DNA from: a bacterium
Lineage (GTDB): Bacteria > UBA8248 > JACPRG01 > G963555815
DNA: 64,000 nt
NCBI GenBank assembly: GCA_965261595.1
Contig: CBDHDG010000006.1
Span: forward strand, 448,001-512,000
Reading direction: 5' to 3'
Of this stretch, positions 62,235-64,000 are shown in pieces (position 1 is the first letter of the stretch; each line of letters begins with the position of its first letter). The notes under the pieces were generated by a model. The model was not told the DNA's origin. It worked only from the letters and a program-made list of their open reading frames with translations, and searched no databases. The position numbers and the translations under genes are program-made.

Positions 62235-62409
62235 AATTCGTGGACTTCATGGTAGAGCGGAAGAGAGTTGGCCGACCCTCCCACCCACCTTCGGAAGGCG
62301 GCCAAGATGTCCGCCCCATCCTCATTTCGCGTAAGGGGGCAAATGCCGCAGGGGCACCCTTGAATGAGTGGCCCCCGCGATGCTTGCTTCCGGCTAGTCA
62401 GATACCCGG

Positions 62410-64000
62410 CTAGGCGCCTTCTTTCGGCGGGATTATCGGCAGAAGGACGTAGGCAACTTGGCCAGGACCCATGTGAAGGGTTGTTTTGCCACCGAAGATC
62501 TCCGCCGGGCGGTCGCGCGGGTCGTCGTGGATGAACGGCCCGCAGCCCTTGAACTCGTTCTTCATCGTCCCGAGCGTTCCCCCACTTTCACCGGCATACT
62601 CGTAGTCCTTCCCGCGCACCGTCAGGGCGATCCGATGGCCGGCCGGCACGACGATAGAGGTCGGCCAGATTTCCACGTCCAGCGCAACCGCCTCTCCCGG
62701 CGTCAGCGGCTCTTTCTCATCGTGGGTGTGGTAGGGCCGGTAATCGGTGCTGAGACCCGGATCGAGCTTGCGGTGGGACGCCCGCAGCCAGCCTTGGCTG
62801 ATCGGCGTGTGCGGGTCGATGGCCCCCTGGAAAACCACCTCCTCCCCATCGGGGCCGAACACGCGCAGGACGAGAAAGAGGTCGGCGTCCGCCGTCGAGG
62901 ACGACACGAACAACCGGGCGGCCGAGGATCCGGTGATCTCCGTCTCCGCATCGAGCGGGGCCGAGGTGAAGGTGACGCCGTCGCCCAGGGCGTCGAACTC
63001 GACCCGTCCCTCGGCCGCCGCCGGTGCCGGACCGAGGCTGAGGTCGGCGGGGTTGAGATGAAAGCGCGTCCACCGGGTCCGGGCGATGGGCCATTCCCCC
63101 TCCATGCGCTCCGTGAAGCCGTCGATCCCGCGGACCTGGAGCTGGACGGCCGGCTGGTCCGCCCAACCGTTGTCGAGACCCTTGAGGAAGTAGTCGAAGA
63201 AGCGCTTCTGGAGGCAGACGCCGTAGTCGGTGTAAAAATGCGTCCAGTGCTCGATTCCGTGGATCTCGATCCACTTCCGCTCGGAGGCGGCGCGCACGAA
63301 GCCCTCGACGTTTCCGCGGAGATGAAGCCCCTGCCCCCCCCAGTTTCCCGTGGTGAGGAAGGGGACGGCGACCTTGTCCCAGACCGGCGAGCGCCCCTTG
63401 TGGTAGTCGTCATCGAGCGGGTGCGCGAGGATCTCGTTGCCCAGGTCGCACCGGTTGTTCGCCAACTCCTCCTCGGACAGCGTTTCCGGGCCGCAGACGA
63501 GCTCGCCGGTGACCCGGCTGCGCGGGCCCCGCTCGCCGAGGCCGTACTGAACGGTCTTGACCTGCATGTCGTACCAGTTCTCCCAGAACTGGCAGAGGAT
63601 GCCGCCGTGGTGCGTGCTGTCGCGGTACCAGTCGGCGGCGCCCTCCCAGATGCACATCGCCGCCAGATGGGGCGGCTGAAGCGAGGCCACCTGCCACTGG
63701 TTCATCGCGTAGTAGGAGATGCCGTTCAGGCCCACCTTTCCGTTGCTCCACGGCTGGACCCCCGTCCACTCGACGCAATTGTAGAAGTCCTTCGTCTCCC
63801 GGGGGGAGAAGTGGTCGATATACCCCGGCGTACGACCGGCGCCCCGGGAATCCACCCGCACGCAAACGTAACCGTCCGTCGCCCACTTCTCCGGATCGAC
63901 GACCTCCCAGCTCTGGTACTTGTTGGTCGAGCCCGCCGGGATGTCCGGATGCTCTTCGACCATCCGGTCCCATTGATCCGTGTAGCCCTCCTGGAAGGCG
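62410..64000 (-). CDS. CocE/NonD family hydrolase (5' end outside window)
   Basis: VD.RG.G.T.G, WSNGKVG..GISYY, GWLRASHR, EIWPTS. Confidence 0.92.
   Translation of the reverse strand, partial: AFQEGYTDQWDRMVEEHPDIPAGSTNKYQSWEVVDPEKWATDGYVCVRVDSRGAGRTPGYIDHFSPRETKDFYNCVEWTGVQPWSNGKVGLNGISYYAMNQWQVASLQPPHLAAMCIWEGAADWYRDSTHHGGILCQFWENWYDMQVKTVQYGLGERGPRSRVTGELVCGPETLSEEELANNRCDLGNEILAHPLDDDYHKGRSPVWDKVAVPFLTTGNWGGQGLHLRGNVEGFVRAASERKWIEIHGIEHWTHFYTDYGVCLQKRFFDYFLKGLDNGWADQPAVQLQVRGIDGFTERMEGEWPIARTRWTRFHLNPADLSLGPAPAAAEGRVEFDALGDGVTFTSAPLDAETEITGSSAARLFVSSSTADADLFLVLRVFGPDGEEVVFQGAIDPHTPISQGWLRASHRKLDPGLSTDYRPYHTHDEKEPLTPGEAVALDVEIWPTSIVVPAGHRIALTVRGKDYEYAGESGGTLGTMKNEFKGCGPFIHDDPRDRPAEIFGGKTTLHMGPGQVAYVLLPIIPPKEGA

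Noticed and set aside
1..64000. tRNA (including tRNA-Sec), rRNA and sel genes
   Set aside because: None recognised in the window, so the Sec hypothesis depends on machinery encoded elsewhere

Overview
GC-rich bacterial window packed with accessory catabolic genes. They include four UbiD-family decarboxylases, two NMT1/THI5-type ABC transporters, a xanthine-dehydrogenase-family Mo hydroxylase, an AtzD-like ring-opening amidohydrolase, a Rieske oxygenase, SDRs, DUF1989 proteins and M20/M24/M28/CocE hydrolases. The most striking signal is two genes that the ORF track splits at in-frame TGA codons lying where homologues have Cys/Sec. One is a persulfide dioxygenase-rhodanese fusion (34253-35659, +) heading a putative operon with a 4Fe-4S/NrfD fusion, a Tat-less molybdopterin oxidoreductase and a TauE exporter. 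The other is an iodothyronine-deiodinase-like protein (41711-42373, -). Both TGAs are followed 11-13 nt later by a hairpin starting GCGGCAAGT, a candidate SECIS, so this looks like a selenoprotein-containing sulfur-redox locus. Mobile DNA resolves to the base. A nested IS1380/IS1595/IS1380-remnant unit (8210-11423, 5-bp TSD) splits a secreted-protein gene, a 2.9-kb IS1595 element carries passenger genes (47942-50884, 23-bp TIR, 8-bp TSD), and there are also a MITE and GTAG-type REPs. Several frameshifts may be assembly errors. All calls come from motif recognition by eye; no searches were run.
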